A program made the position numbers and the translations under genes. The notes below the pieces were generated by a model. The model did not search any database and was not told the origin of the DNA. It saw only the letters and a program-made list of their open reading frames with translations. This document shows positions 29,335-38,290 of a stretch of 64,000 nt of DNA, piece after piece. The stretch is from a virus: positions 37,218 to 101,217 of the IMG/VR virus record IMGVR_UViG_3300029787_000003. One strand, written 5' to 3'. Numbering within the stretch: the first letter of the stretch is position 1; each line of letters begins with the position of its first letter.

Positions 29335-29816
29335 CTATCCCTAGATATAAACATTTTTTTAAGAGGTTAGATAAGTTCTCAGTATGTGCAATAAAAGCTG
29401 ATCCTAACTGGATTGGTGTAGAGAGGGATGTTGAATGTTTAGGTGCATATCATTATGTGGTACATGGTAGGGCAAAAGTTGGAGTACCATTTAAAGAAGA
29501 ATACTTTGAGGTAAAGAGTAAAGATTTCTTTTCTATGCAACATCTTTTCCCAACAGTAATGATGGACATTCAAGATGATTTCTATATGATAGGATTTAGT
29601 GCTTTACATGGGAAAGAAAAATGGGATGGTAGATTAGTAACAGAACCAACAGTACTGGTACAGAAAGAATCACATTTAATTTGTTTTGATGGTAAACCTA
29701 TTGTAAATGGGAAACAATTAGAAAGATTTGATTATGCTGATCTATCTCCTGATAGAACTTACGAGATTAATTTGAATGGTGGTGCTTTAGGATTGTTTAC
29801 TGAGGTTAGTGTTTAG
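29331..29816 (+). CDS. Hypothetical protein, possibly cupin-like beta fold
   Basis: 161-aa ORF with ATGA coupling; beta-rich pattern. Confidence 0.55.
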   Translation: MTIPRYKHFFKRLDKFSVCAIKADPNWIGVERDVECLGAYHYVVHGRAKVGVPFKEEYFEVKSKDFFSMQHLFPTVMMDIQDDFYMIGFSALHGKEKWDGRLVTEPTVLVQKESHLICFDGKPIVNGKQLERFDYADLSPDRTYEINLNGGALGLFTEVSV

Positions 29817-30993
29817 GTACATTAAAGTATAGTGCTAATTGAGCCCATATAGCATCAGGATATAGATTTGTATATTTGTTTGATTTGTTATTATAGTGTT
29901 CCCATACAGTCTTAGAACAGTCAAAGTTTTTATAGTATCTCCAAAATTCAGTATCATCTCTTTGACTTAACATATAATGATGTAAGATATAGTCAGAGTT
30001 ATCTTTTTGTACTTTCATCATAGTTTTATTATATGCCTCAGGTGATGAATTTTTTAAAATACATTTCACCAAGAGAGTTATACTATAGACTACTAGATAT
30101 AAACCATTTGCTTCAAGTGGGTCTATAAACCCTTGACCTAAACCAATAGTAACAACGTCATCAGACCAAGGCCTTTTAAGTACGTTAGGTTTCCATTTAA
30201 TTAATCTAGGTTTGATATTATTAAATGGTTTACGATGTGAAGTCCATGACTCAAATTTTTCTAATGCTTCCTCGTCACTTATATGTTGACTACTGAAGAC
30301 ATACCCAGTTCCAGTTCTATTCTGTAGATCCACCATGAACTGCCAACCATCAGGTCGAGCAAAAGTTCTTGTGTAAGGATATATTTCATCTTCATGTTCT
30401 AATGGCCTTACCCAAGTGCTATCTACTAGATGATGTTTCCATGTAACTTCTGTTTTATCCTTTGTAAATTGCCTACGGAAACCAGTTGCATCAACATATA
30501 AATCATAACCCTCTGGTAATTCTGTTAGTGTATCAATTATATGATTTACATTCTTACAATATTTCTTTACGACTTCATTAGCTAAATTAGCATCTAAATG
30601 ATAAGCGATTGAACTCCAACTATTTTTATCGTACAACTCATCATGATCTTCTCTATCTTTGTTACCTAACTTAAATTCTTTATACCAATCATCAAATCTA
30701 TTTTTAGGATCATTTTGCCAGAAGGTCATTTGAAATGGTTTTGAACCAATCTTATCCCAGTCGTATTTTATATTACCATACTTGTGGATCGCATTACATC
30801 CATTCATCCACTCTTTCTCTGGTATTCCTAATTGTTGGAAGAAGAGGCCAACCTGTGGTAGAGTTCCCTCTCCCACACCACTAATAGGTATCTCATCACT
30901 TTCAATTAATGTTATCTCAGCATCAAGAAACTTTTCCATGTATGCTGCACACCACCACCCAGATATTCCACCACCAACAATACAAATTTTCAT
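29806..30993 (-). CDS. Flavin-dependent (tryptophan halogenase-like) protein
   Basis: IVGGGISGW, GVGEGT, NAIHKYG, VDATGF, FIDPLEANG. Confidence 0.85.
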   Translation of the reverse strand: MKICIVGGGISGWWCAAYMEKFLDAEITLIESDEIPISGVGEGTLPQVGLFFQQLGIPEKEWMNGCNAIHKYGNIKYDWDKIGSKPFQMTFWQNDPKNRFDDWYKEFKLGNKDREDHDELYDKNSWSSIAYHLDANLANEVVKKYCKNVNHIIDTLTELPEGYDLYVDATGFRRQFTKDKTEVTWKHHLVDSTWVRPLEHEDEIYPYTRTFARPDGWQFMVDLQNRTGTGYVFSSQHISDEEALEKFESWTSHRKPFNNIKPRLIKWKPNVLKRPWSDDVVTIGLGQGFIDPLEANGLYLVVYSITLLVKCILKNSSPEAYNKTMMKVQKDNSDYILHHYMLSQRDDTEFWRYYKNFDCSKTVWEHYNNKSNKYTNLYPDAIWAQLALYFNVPKH

Positions 30994-31586
30994 CCGTGAT
31001 CAATACAGTTAGGTAATAGGTCAGTTACAACCCTAAAATTATTAGGATTGATATACACACCCATAAGTATATGGTATATATCATCAACAAAAGCAAATGA
31101 CCCATGTTGTTTCTTTGTATTCAAAAGGTATGGTTTCCCTGCTTTAAATGGTGTGAGTTGTTTATCATATATGAAGGCCCACTCATGTATTTCAGTTTTA
31201 TTCAATGGTATAAAGATTCTCATTTGTTGTGTTGTCTTATAAGCATCCCTGTGTGGTCTGAAGAAAGAACCTGTATCCATTTTAACTGCAAGACATTTTG
31301 CTAAACTATTCCACTTATCAAAAAATTCTACTAAGGATGGACATGATTTTAAATTATCATTATATTCTCCCTCTTTACTATCTTTCACTTTAAGATCAAG
31401 AGTATTTGATCCAGTCAAAGATAGTCCTTTTTTGTTATTGCTTCCATTGATCCAGTTGTCGTTACTAGATAGTTGTGTTATAATATTATCGACATCAAAA
31501 TCCCAGTCAAGTTCGACAATATCTCCATAACTATTCAGTACCGTTAGTAGTGTTGCCTGTGTATCGTTCATTTTTTGGGAGTTCAC
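30990..31586 (-). CDS. 2OG-Fe(II)/aspartyl beta-hydroxylase-like protein
   Basis: FFRPHRD, RIFIPL, NTKKQHG, HIL. Confidence 0.65.
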   Translation of the reverse strand: MNSQKMNDTQATLLTVLNSYGDIVELDWDFDVDNIITQLSSNDNWINGSNNKKGLSLTGSNTLDLKVKDSKEGEYNDNLKSCPSLVEFFDKWNSLAKCLAVKMDTGSFFRPHRDAYKTTQQMRIFIPLNKTEIHEWAFIYDKQLTPFKAGKPYLLNTKKQHGSFAFVDDIYHILMGVYINPNNFRVVTDLLPNCIDHG

Positions 31587-31821
31587 GTAGTTGATCCATT
31601 TTTCTTATATGTTCTATTCTCATAATTTCATGGTATAATCGGATTACATCTTTGGGAGCATCTGCTTTCCATAGAAATGGTAATAATCCATGAACAAGAC
31701 TCTTAAATGAGATTGTAATTAACCTACGAGAATTATGTATAGAGTGTTTAAGATGATACCAGTAAGTCCATCCAGTTTCTACTTCTAAGTGATATTTGGA
31801 TTCCTTAAAAATATTTCTCAT
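31531..31821 (-). CDS. Hypothetical protein (DUF6356-like)
   Basis: YWYHLKHS...SLVHGLLPFLW; promoter directly upstream. Confidence 0.6.
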   Translation of the reverse strand: MRNIFKESKYHLEVETGWTYWYHLKHSIHNSRRLITISFKSLVHGLLPFLWKADAPKDVIRLYHEIMRIEHIRKMDQLRELPKNERYTGNTTNGTE

Positions 31822-31828
31822 ACTATTA

Positions 31829-31856
31829 ATTATATCATATCTATCTAGTAATGCAA
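31829..31856 (-). promoter_or_regulatory. Sigma70-like promoter of the minus-strand three-gene cassette
   Basis: TTGCAT-16 nt-TATAAT on the minus strand. Confidence 0.5.
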
Positions 31857-32510
31857 AATTTACAATGCGATGCCTTTACCGATCCTTTTCCACATATAGT
31901 TCTTCATGATTTCTATGATGATGAAGAGTTGAAGTTGATATGGGAAGAACTAGATTTTTATACAAAACCAGGAAAATTAGTAAGTGCTGATAAGTATGGT
32001 GGGATAGTAGGTAAGACTGATTCCAAGGCTTTAATGTTAGATGACGTATATCCTAAAGCATATAGAAATCTATCAAATATATTAGAAGTTAATAGAAAGG
32101 TATTTACCTCTGGAGTATTGGATGTACTTGCTCAATGTCATGGTTGTTGTAGTATTGCACCTCTGGTTAATAAGGATAATACTAAGGTACGATATTATCA
32201 TGATGGCGAAGGATATGAACCTCATAAAGATAAGTCAGTTCAGTTTTTAGCATTTAGTTATTTCTATAAAGAACCTAAGAAGTTTGAAGGAGGAGAGTTG
32301 TATTTTCCTGACTATATCGACATAGATGCCTTGACGTGCGAGAATAATATGACTATAATATTTCCTGGTTGGGTACAACATGGAGTAAGAACAGTAACTA
32401 TCAAAGATTCAGATTATTATGATGGGTTCGGTAGATACGCTATTACGAGTTTTATGAGTTGTATAGATAATGAAAAGAGAAATTTTCAAGGATTAAACAA
32501 GAAAGATTAA
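31851..32510 (+). CDS. 2OG-Fe(II) oxygenase (prolyl-4-hydroxylase-like)
   Basis: YEPHKD, FEGGELYF, WVQHGV, RYAIT. Confidence 0.85.
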   Translation: MQNLQCDAFTDPFPHIVLHDFYDDEELKLIWEELDFYTKPGKLVSADKYGGIVGKTDSKALMLDDVYPKAYRNLSNILEVNRKVFTSGVLDVLAQCHGCCSIAPLVNKDNTKVRYYHDGEGYEPHKDKSVQFLAFSYFYKEPKKFEGGELYFPDYIDIDALTCENNMTIIFPGWVQHGVRTVTIKDSDYYDGFGRYAITSFMSCIDNEKRNFQGLNKKD

Positions 32511-32512
32511 TT

Positions 32513-33085
32513 ATGCAAGATATACTTATAGGTGATAACTTTTTCTCTCATCCCGAGCTTATTCGTGAGTTAGCACTTAGTTATAATGATTACAGACACT
32601 CAGAAGACCCAGAATATGAGTGTGGATGGAAAGGATGGAGAACTCCAGCCCCTAAGGCAATCAATGAGGGTATATGGGATGTAATGAAGAGATCATATTT
32701 AATAAACGAAGAAGATTTTATATGTACACCATACTTCCATATTTCCTACGAGGACACTAAGTTAACTTGTGATTTTCCTAATCATAAATGGCACACAGAT
32801 ACGAGTGATTATGCAGGGATTGTATATTTACATCCAGAGCCTCCCAAGAAAACTGGAACTTGTCTGATAAATGGTACAGACAATGAGATTGTAACAGTTG
32901 ATAATGTATTCAATAGAGTACTTGCATATCCCTCTCATTATTACCACGCACCCGAAGAATTATTCGGAGACAGTAAGGATAAGGAGAGCGGCCGCATGAC
33001 TCTCACATTTTTTATATGGGCAAATGATAATCCACATAAACAACACGCAATAAACTGGATGAGACTTATAGAGACTGAAAAGTGA
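32513..33085 (+). CDS. 2OG-Fe(II) oxygenase-like protein (DUF6445-like)
   Basis: DNFFSHP, WHTD..YAGIVYL, FNRVLAY..H, RMTLTFF. Confidence 0.7.
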   Translation: MQDILIGDNFFSHPELIRELALSYNDYRHSEDPEYECGWKGWRTPAPKAINEGIWDVMKRSYLINEEDFICTPYFHISYEDTKLTCDFPNHKWHTDTSDYAGIVYLHPEPPKKTGTCLINGTDNEIVTVDNVFNRVLAYPSHYYHAPEELFGDSKDKESGRMTLTFFIWANDNPHKQHAINWMRLIETEK

Positions 33086-33141
33086 GAAATTCATACATAC
33101 CTTTGTATGGTTTGTACGGGAAGCTCTAACGTCATAACGGG

Positions 33142-33198
33142 AAACCAATTACAAAAGTGTCACACACCCTCGACCAGAGGGTTTTTTTGTGTTATAAT
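33142..33198 (+). promoter_or_regulatory. Palindrome-box promoter module 1
   Basis: AAACCAA-TTACAAAA-GTGTCAC, 29 nt, TATAAT. Confidence 0.7.
33166..33188 (+). terminator. Terminator-like hairpin inside the promoter spacer
   Basis: ACCCTC-GACCA-GAGGGT followed by a T run. Confidence 0.65.
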
Positions 33199-33220
33199 AA
33201 GGGTACGTTATGAGAGATTG

Positions 33221-34408
33221 ATGCAATTAAGACCACACCAACAGGATGCCCTCGATGCAATGGAGACCCATGAAAAGGGTCAAATCATAGTACCCACAGG
33301 TGGTGGTAAGACTATCTGTATGATACAGGATGCCTTGAGAGAGTTCTCAAAGTTCCCTCAACATACCATAGTGGTCGTTGCACCTCGTATCCTACTAGCA
33401 AATCAGTTAAGTGCAGAGTTCTTAGAGTTCATCACAGATCCCGAAGTGGATGTGATGCACGTGCATAGTGGAGAGACACATCATTTCAGCACTACTAAGG
33501 TAGATGAGATTCGTGAGTTCAACTTCCATAATGCTAATAGTGGTAGAAATCAGTTAATATTCACAACATATCATTCTTTACATAGAATAGTTGAAAGTCA
33601 GATCACGATTGATACAGTATATTTTGATGAAGCACACAACAGTACACAGAGAAACTTCTTTGTGCCTACACAGGAACTCGCAACAAGTATATTCACACGT
33701 GCCTACTTCTTTACTGCAACCCCTAAGCACAGTCTCACACCTGCTAGGGCTGGTATGAATGACTCTAAGGTATATGGAGAGGTAATCTGCAATGTACCTG
33801 CACCAAAGTTAGTCAGAGAGGGTTACATACTACCACCAAAGGTTGAGATATACCAGTCTAGAATCTTGAAAAAAGATGAGTTGGTTGCTGATCGTGATTG
33901 TGAGCAAATGATAGGTGCTATTGATAACCTTAAAAAAGATAAGGTATTGATATGTGCAAAGTCAACCGCACAGATTATCAATCTACTCTATCACACACCA
34001 TTCACTCAGCAACTTGCATGGGCGAATTACTCATGGATGACTATAACATCTAAAACAGGTGCTATAATAGACGGAGAGAAGGTTAATAGAGAGACTTTCT
34101 TTGATACTCTAAGTGAGTGGGGAAAAGACCCTGAGAAGAAATTTGTTGTGTTACATCATAGCATATTATCAGAAGGTATCAACGTAAATGGTCTTGAAGC
34201 GGTCTTGTTCATGAGATCTATGGATTACATAGGTATCTCTCAAACAATTGGCCGTGTGATACGTAAGGGCAATGCAGACAAAGTGTTCGGACTTGTTTGC
34301 GTACCAGTTTATTCAAACGTAGGTATCTCAACTGCACGTAAGGTACAGAATGTTGTTGATACAATATTCAACAAAGGAGAGCCTGCTATTTCAACAGTAA
34401 GAAAATGA
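33221..34408 (+). CDS. SF2 helicase/ATPase (type III restriction Res-like)
   Basis: PTGGGKT, DEAH, FTATP, LSEGIN, QTIGRVIR; ATG 33221 lies after the promoter. Confidence 0.85.
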   Translation: MQLRPHQQDALDAMETHEKGQIIVPTGGGKTICMIQDALREFSKFPQHTIVVVAPRILLANQLSAEFLEFITDPEVDVMHVHSGETHHFSTTKVDEIREFNFHNANSGRNQLIFTTYHSLHRIVESQITIDTVYFDEAHNSTQRNFFVPTQELATSIFTRAYFFTATPKHSLTPARAGMNDSKVYGEVICNVPAPKLVREGYILPPKVEIYQSRILKKDELVADRDCEQMIGAIDNLKKDKVLICAKSTAQIINLLYHTPFTQQLAWANYSWMTITSKTGAIIDGEKVNRETFFDTLSEWGKDPEKKFVVLHHSILSEGINVNGLEAVLFMRSMDYIGISQTIGRVIRKGNADKVFGLVCVPVYSNVGISTARKVQNVVDTIFNKGEPAISTVRK

Positions 34409-34848
34409 CTTCATCAATAGTATTAGTTACAGGTGGTTTTGATCCATTGCATAGTGGACATATTGCCTATTTTAAATCAGCAAAAGCAATCGCACCATTG
34501 AGTCCACTCGCTGTCGGACTCAATTCCGATCAATGGTTAGCACGTAAGAAGGGTAAACCATTCATGCCCTTAGAGGAGAGAATATCAATCGTCAGGGAAT
34601 TGAGAATGATTGATGTTGTGATTGAGTATGATGATAGTGATGGAACCAGTAATGGTGCAATAGAGCAACTATTAGAGATATACGATAAGGTTATCTTTGC
34701 AAATGGTGGAGATAGACACAATGAGAATGTACCAGAGTATGAGAAGTACAAAGATAATGAGAATGTGATCTTCCGATGGGCTGTTGGTGGTCTTAATAAG
34801 AAGAACAGTAGTTCATGGATACTTAATGAGTGGGGTAAGAATGAGTAG
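34405..34848 (+). CDS. Cytidylyltransferase-like (HxGH) nucleotidyltransferase
   Basis: TGGFDPLHSGH, GLNSD..L.RKKG, FANGGDR, KNSSS. Confidence 0.85.
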   Translation: MTSSIVLVTGGFDPLHSGHIAYFKSAKAIAPLSPLAVGLNSDQWLARKKGKPFMPLEERISIVRELRMIDVVIEYDDSDGTSNGAIEQLLEIYDKVIFANGGDRHNENVPEYEKYKDNENVIFRWAVGGLNKKNSSSWILNEWGKNE

Positions 34849-34939
34849 CGAATTACTACTGAAAATATACATGAGGGCAAAAGAGAGACCACTTGCTAAA
34901 CCTGTAAGAAAGCATTATAATGTGGCCACGTATGGTTAA
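34841..34939 (+). CDS. Small hypothetical protein, 32 aa (MSSELLLKIYMRAK...)
   Basis: Hand translation; overlaps the upstream stop and fills the gap. Confidence 0.45.
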   Translation: MSSELLLKIYMRAKERPLAKPVRKHYNVATYG

Positions 34940-34943
34940 CTAG

Positions 34944-35444
34944 ATGAATATTTTTGTTACTGACCCATCACCCTATAAATCTGCACAGGTACTACCTGAT
35001 AAGCATATCGTCAAGATGCCCTTAGAAACTTGTCAAATGCTTTCTATTGTTGCATCCGATAAGTGGGGTCGTGGTTTCGGTAAGTTACCAAAAAAGAGTG
35101 GTGGTTTCTACAAAACAGATAAAGGTGCATTTCGTAATCATCCCTGTACTATATGGGCTCAGACTAACTTCTATTGGTTAATAGAACATGGTCTTGCTTT
35201 ATGTGCAGAGTACACATACAGATATAACAAAGTCCATAGTTGTCAGTCTACTATTGAGTATGCTGATATGACGTTTCCATCTTGCCCACCACCCACAGAT
35301 TTTGTTCGTGCTATGTTTGATGAGTTTAAGTATGATGAGTCTATTGATACTTTTACTGCCTACAGAAGATATATCAATGCTAAACCATGGGTTAAGGACA
35401 ACTATCTTAGAAAACCAGAGAGAAAACCTGATTGGATAACATGA
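34944..35444 (+). CDS. denV: Pyrimidine-dimer DNA glycosylase / endonuclease V-like
   Basis: MNIFVTD, DKHIVKMPLETCQML, HPCTIW, EYTYRY.K.H. Confidence 0.7.
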   Translation: MNIFVTDPSPYKSAQVLPDKHIVKMPLETCQMLSIVASDKWGRGFGKLPKKSGGFYKTDKGAFRNHPCTIWAQTNFYWLIEHGLALCAEYTYRYNKVHSCQSTIEYADMTFPSCPPPTDFVRAMFDEFKYDESIDTFTAYRRYINAKPWVKDNYLRKPERKPDWIT

Positions 35445-36286
35445 GAGATTTAATATTATTTGGAGATTGTAGAGACACACTCACACAATTTGATGAGAAG
35501 GCAAGATGTTGTGTTACATCCCCACCTTACTATGGACTCAGGAACTATGGGGATGAGGAGAATCAAATCGGACATGAACAAACACCTGAGGAATATGTTG
35601 ATGAAATGGTCAAGGTATTCAGATTGGTTAGAGATTGTCTAACTGATGATGGTACTGTATGGTTGAACATGGGAGATAGTTATTATAACTATAGACCTGG
35701 TAAAGGTCAAGCACTTTCTAAACAAACACTAGCAAAGAATGATCAAGACCTACCAACTAAATGTGCAAGGAGAGGTAATAAACTAGATGGATTGAAAGAG
35801 AAGGACTTGATTGGTATTCCTTGGCTTCTTGCGTTTGCCCTGAGGGCTGATGGTTGGTATTTAAGACAAGATATTATCTGGAATAAACCTAATCCCATGC
35901 CCGAAAGTGTGAGAGATAGATGTACTAAATCACATGAATACATATTCTTATTAAGTAAGAGTCAGAACTATTACTTTGATGTAGATGCTATCAAAGAACC
36001 TACAAGAAGGAAGAGATCAGTATGGGATATAACTAAGAAACCATACAAAGATGCACACTTCGCTGTATTCCCACCTGATTTGATTGAACCCTGTATCAAG
36101 GCTGGTAGTGAGAGAGGAGATATAATCCTCGATCCATTTATAGGATCAGGAACTACTGCTATGGTATCTAAAGAGTTAGGAAGAGACTACATAGGTTGCG
36201 AATTACATGAAGAGTATGGTAAACTAATACAAGATAGACTACAACCATACCATAATCCCTTAGAGAAGTTTTATGAAAAAAGTTGA
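35441..36286 (+). CDS. DNA methyltransferase, beta class (N4C/N6A)
   Basis: VTSPPY, IIWNKPNPMPES, HEYIFLL, DPFIGSGTT. Confidence 0.92.
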   Translation: MRDLILFGDCRDTLTQFDEKARCCVTSPPYYGLRNYGDEENQIGHEQTPEEYVDEMVKVFRLVRDCLTDDGTVWLNMGDSYYNYRPGKGQALSKQTLAKNDQDLPTKCARRGNKLDGLKEKDLIGIPWLLAFALRADGWYLRQDIIWNKPNPMPESVRDRCTKSHEYIFLLSKSQNYYFDVDAIKEPTRRKRSVWDITKKPYKDAHFAVFPPDLIEPCIKAGSERGDIILDPFIGSGTTAMVSKELGRDYIGCELHEEYGKLIQDRLQPYHNPLEKFYEKS

Positions 36287-36749
36287 AAGACATAAGTATG
36301 ATGGCGATACGATCATAGCCACCAGAACACTTGAGTTCGATCCATTTCCTTATGAGTACATAGAGGATGTAATGAAAAAGATTGAGTGTTACCTTACACC
36401 TGACTTATTATCACACAAGAAATTGAAATATCCTGAGGATGTTATCAAATACAGATTTTATGGACATTGCTATCATTCATCACAGGCATTATATTTCCTG
36501 ATGGATACTGATAGATTGAAACCTTATAGTGGAGTCGATTGGAGAGAAGAAAAGCATTGGTGGTTACAGGATGAAGATACAATATATGATGTAACTGTTG
36601 ACCAGTATAACTGTAGAAACAAAGTACCACCTTATGATGTTGGTAAGGAGAGTAAATGGTACGGATGGAAACAGAGACCACAACAATTAACACTTGATCT
36701 CATGGTCAAAGTGTTAGGAAAGAGATTAATTAAAGATGAAGCATCCTAA
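36273..36749 (+). CDS. Hypothetical protein, possible Cys-His-Asp (transglutaminase-like) fold
   Basis: GHCYHSSQALY, HWWL, DVTVDQ. Confidence 0.6.
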   Translation: MKKVERHKYDGDTIIATRTLEFDPFPYEYIEDVMKKIECYLTPDLLSHKKLKYPEDVIKYRFYGHCYHSSQALYFLMDTDRLKPYSGVDWREEKHWWLQDEDTIYDVTVDQYNCRNKVPPYDVGKESKWYGWKQRPQQLTLDLMVKVLGKRLIKDEAS

Positions 36750-36777
36750 GTCAATTTCAAAGTAAAATTACTAAGGG

Positions 36778-36836
36778 GTAACAGTTTGCAAACTGTCACA
36801 CTAGGGGTCGCATAGACCCCTTTTTTATTATATAAT
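36778..36836 (+). promoter_or_regulatory. Palindrome-box promoter module 2
   Basis: GTAACAG-TTTGCAAA-CTGTCAC, 31 nt, TATAAT. Confidence 0.75.
36804..36826 (+). terminator. Terminator hairpin inside the promoter spacer
   Basis: GGGGTC-GCATA-GACCCC-TTTTTT. Confidence 0.75.
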
Positions 36837-36861
36837 AAAGAAGTAAACAAAGGAGAATCCT

Positions 36862-37002
36862 ATGAAGTGCGAAGTAAAACTATATGTTGCAGGAACAGTA
36901 TTTACTGAGGATGTTCATGCTGTTGACTATGCTGAAGCAAAGCGAGTCGCACTAGCAAGAAATCCTAATGCAAGAGTGATTGGTGTAAATGCGAAATTCT
37001 AA
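36862..37002 (+). CDS. Small conserved cyanophage protein, 46 aa (MKCEVKLYVAGTVF...ARNPNARV)
   Basis: Hand translation; AGGAG Shine-Dalgarno. Confidence 0.7.
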   Translation: MKCEVKLYVAGTVFTEDVHAVDYAEAKRVALARNPNARVIGVNAKF

Positions 37003-37189
37003 CTATCAAACCTTTTATAAGGATGCGATAAAGAATAAGCAAGGATACGTAACTAAAGATGGTATGTGGGCTGCTATACCATCTAACGGAAAGAAGTTTG
37101 CTATTGTTCACAATGGAGAGGTAGTACACATCTCAAGGAACTACGATAGTGCTATGAACTATATACGGAAAGAACTTAAAAGGAAATGA
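36989..37189 (+). CDS. Hypothetical protein, 66 aa
   Basis: GYVTKDGMWAAIP...IVHNG. Confidence 0.65.
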   Translation: MRNSNYQTFYKDAIKNKQGYVTKDGMWAAIPSNGKKFAIVHNGEVVHISRNYDSAMNYIRKELKRK

Positions 37190-37270
37190 GTCGTGTCTGA
37201 CCTTGACCTAGCCCCATCATCATATGAACCACCTGATGATGTACAATTACAAAATAACAGAGGTACACAA

Positions 37271-37567
37271 ATGAGAGACCAAGCATCAATCGGTAATGAA
37301 ACACCTGCAATAAAATATGATAGAGCATTATCTTTATTCACAGAGTCGGTAATGAAGCCTGACCATGACTTGAGAGGCTGTGCACACAACCAAGGATGTT
37401 ATAACGAATTGTTAGAGATAAGACAACACGTTTTAGAATACCTTAAAACATTAAAAGAAGTTACTCATCACACAAATGCTGACGAGAGTGATGAAATAGA
37501 AACTGCAAAATTGGAGTCAGCAAAATCATATTATAATAACGATCAGAAACCATATTACATACAGTAG
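37271..37567 (+). CDS. Hypothetical protein
   Basis: ALSLFTESV.KPDHDLRGCAHNQGCY; AGGT Shine-Dalgarno before ATG 37271. Confidence 0.65.
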   Translation: MRDQASIGNETPAIKYDRALSLFTESVMKPDHDLRGCAHNQGCYNELLEIRQHVLEYLKTLKEVTHHTNADESDEIETAKLESAKSYYNNDQKPYYIQ

Positions 37568-37601
37568 GTATATGTGCGTAGGCATAAATTTTTGTTAAAA
37601 T

Positions 37602-37637
37602 GTATCTGTAAATACAGACATTATTTGTCTATATAAT
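37602..37637 (+). promoter_or_regulatory. NtcA-like box GTA-N8-TAC followed 16 nt later by TATAAT
   Basis: TGTA-TCTGTAAA-TACA at 37601-37616; TATAAT at 37632-37637. Confidence 0.45.
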
Positions 37638-37714
37638 AATGAAGAGTTAGGAAAAAACAAGATGATCTAAACCATCTTTGTTATGGCGACTAATTTCAAT
37701 TTGGAGGTTCAATT

Positions 37715-37864
37715 ATGCACAACTTAATTTCCTTTAATCAGTTAGCGGGAGATCACGATGATCACCATGACGATTTAATCAAAGAGTACTACGAGTGTCT
37801 GATTGAATGTGATCAAGAACATCATGTATGTAAACGTATTTGTAAGGAGGTTTTAATTAACTAA
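37715..37864 (+). CDS. Small twin-Cys protein, 49 aa (MHNLISFNQLA...YYECLIECDQEHHVCKRICKEVL)
   Basis: Hand translation; GGAGG Shine-Dalgarno; own promoter upstream and terminator downstream. Confidence 0.75.
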   Translation: MHNLISFNQLAGDHDDHHDDLIKEYYECLIECDQEHHVCKRICKEVLIN

Positions 37865-37942
37865 CACGTAAACATCACATAGGTTAAAGGACATGGACAA
37901 GTATTTACATCCACCTTAAAGCAAACATTCATTCATTCACTA

Positions 37943-37976
37943 AACCCTTGACTTCTACAGTCAGGGGTTTTATAAT
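37943..37976 (+). terminator. Terminator hairpin that is also a sigma70 promoter
   Basis: AACCCTTGACT-TCTAC-AGTCAGGGGTT plus T run; TTGACT(37948)-17 nt-TATAAT(37971). Confidence 0.7.
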
Positions 37977-37980
37977 ATCA

Positions 37981-37988
37981 TATAAATA
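37981..37988 (+). promoter_or_regulatory. T4 late promoter TATAAATA
   Basis: Exact match upstream of 38017. Confidence 0.55.
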
Positions 37989-38016
37989 GGCTTTCATGCA
38001 ATATGCTTATGTAACA

Positions 38017-38166
38017 ATGAATGATAAACAAGCCGCAAAAAAACTTATAAAGATAGCAAGAAAGCATCCTAAATTATATAACAAAAGGGATGTATGGTAT
38101 GCTAAAATGATTAAAAAGGAACTAAAGAAAAATGACTCAGGACTCACTAAAGATCAATCGAAATAA
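38017..38166 (+). CDS. Small basic protein, 49 aa (MNDKQAAKKLIKIARKHP...)
   Basis: Hand translation. Confidence 0.6.
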   Translation: MNDKQAAKKLIKIARKHPKLYNKRDVWYAKMIKKELKKNDSGLTKDQSK

Positions 38167-38290
38167 AGATGGTTCATTTGCTGTTGAGTGGGATAAAGAA
38201 GATCCTAACTGGAAATTTATGAACACCTTGACTTCTAAAGAAATTCAAGATATTATACAAAAAGCAATGAAAGAAGATGGCCTTATCTGA
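38132..38290 (+). CDS. Small hypothetical protein, 52 aa (MTQDSLKINRNKDGSFAVEWDKEDP...)
   Basis: Hand translation; overlaps both neighbours. Confidence 0.6.
   Translation: MTQDSLKINRNKDGSFAVEWDKEDPNWKFMNTLTSKEIQDIIQKAMKEDGLI

Noticed and set aside
33107-33220. N-terminal extension of the helicase
   Set aside because: Runs through the promoter and terminator; ATG 33221 fits better
37715-37864. Twin-Cys peptide as NblA or a second CP12
   Set aside because: Lacks the NblA LSLEQQF-type helix pattern and the CP12 C-terminal signature
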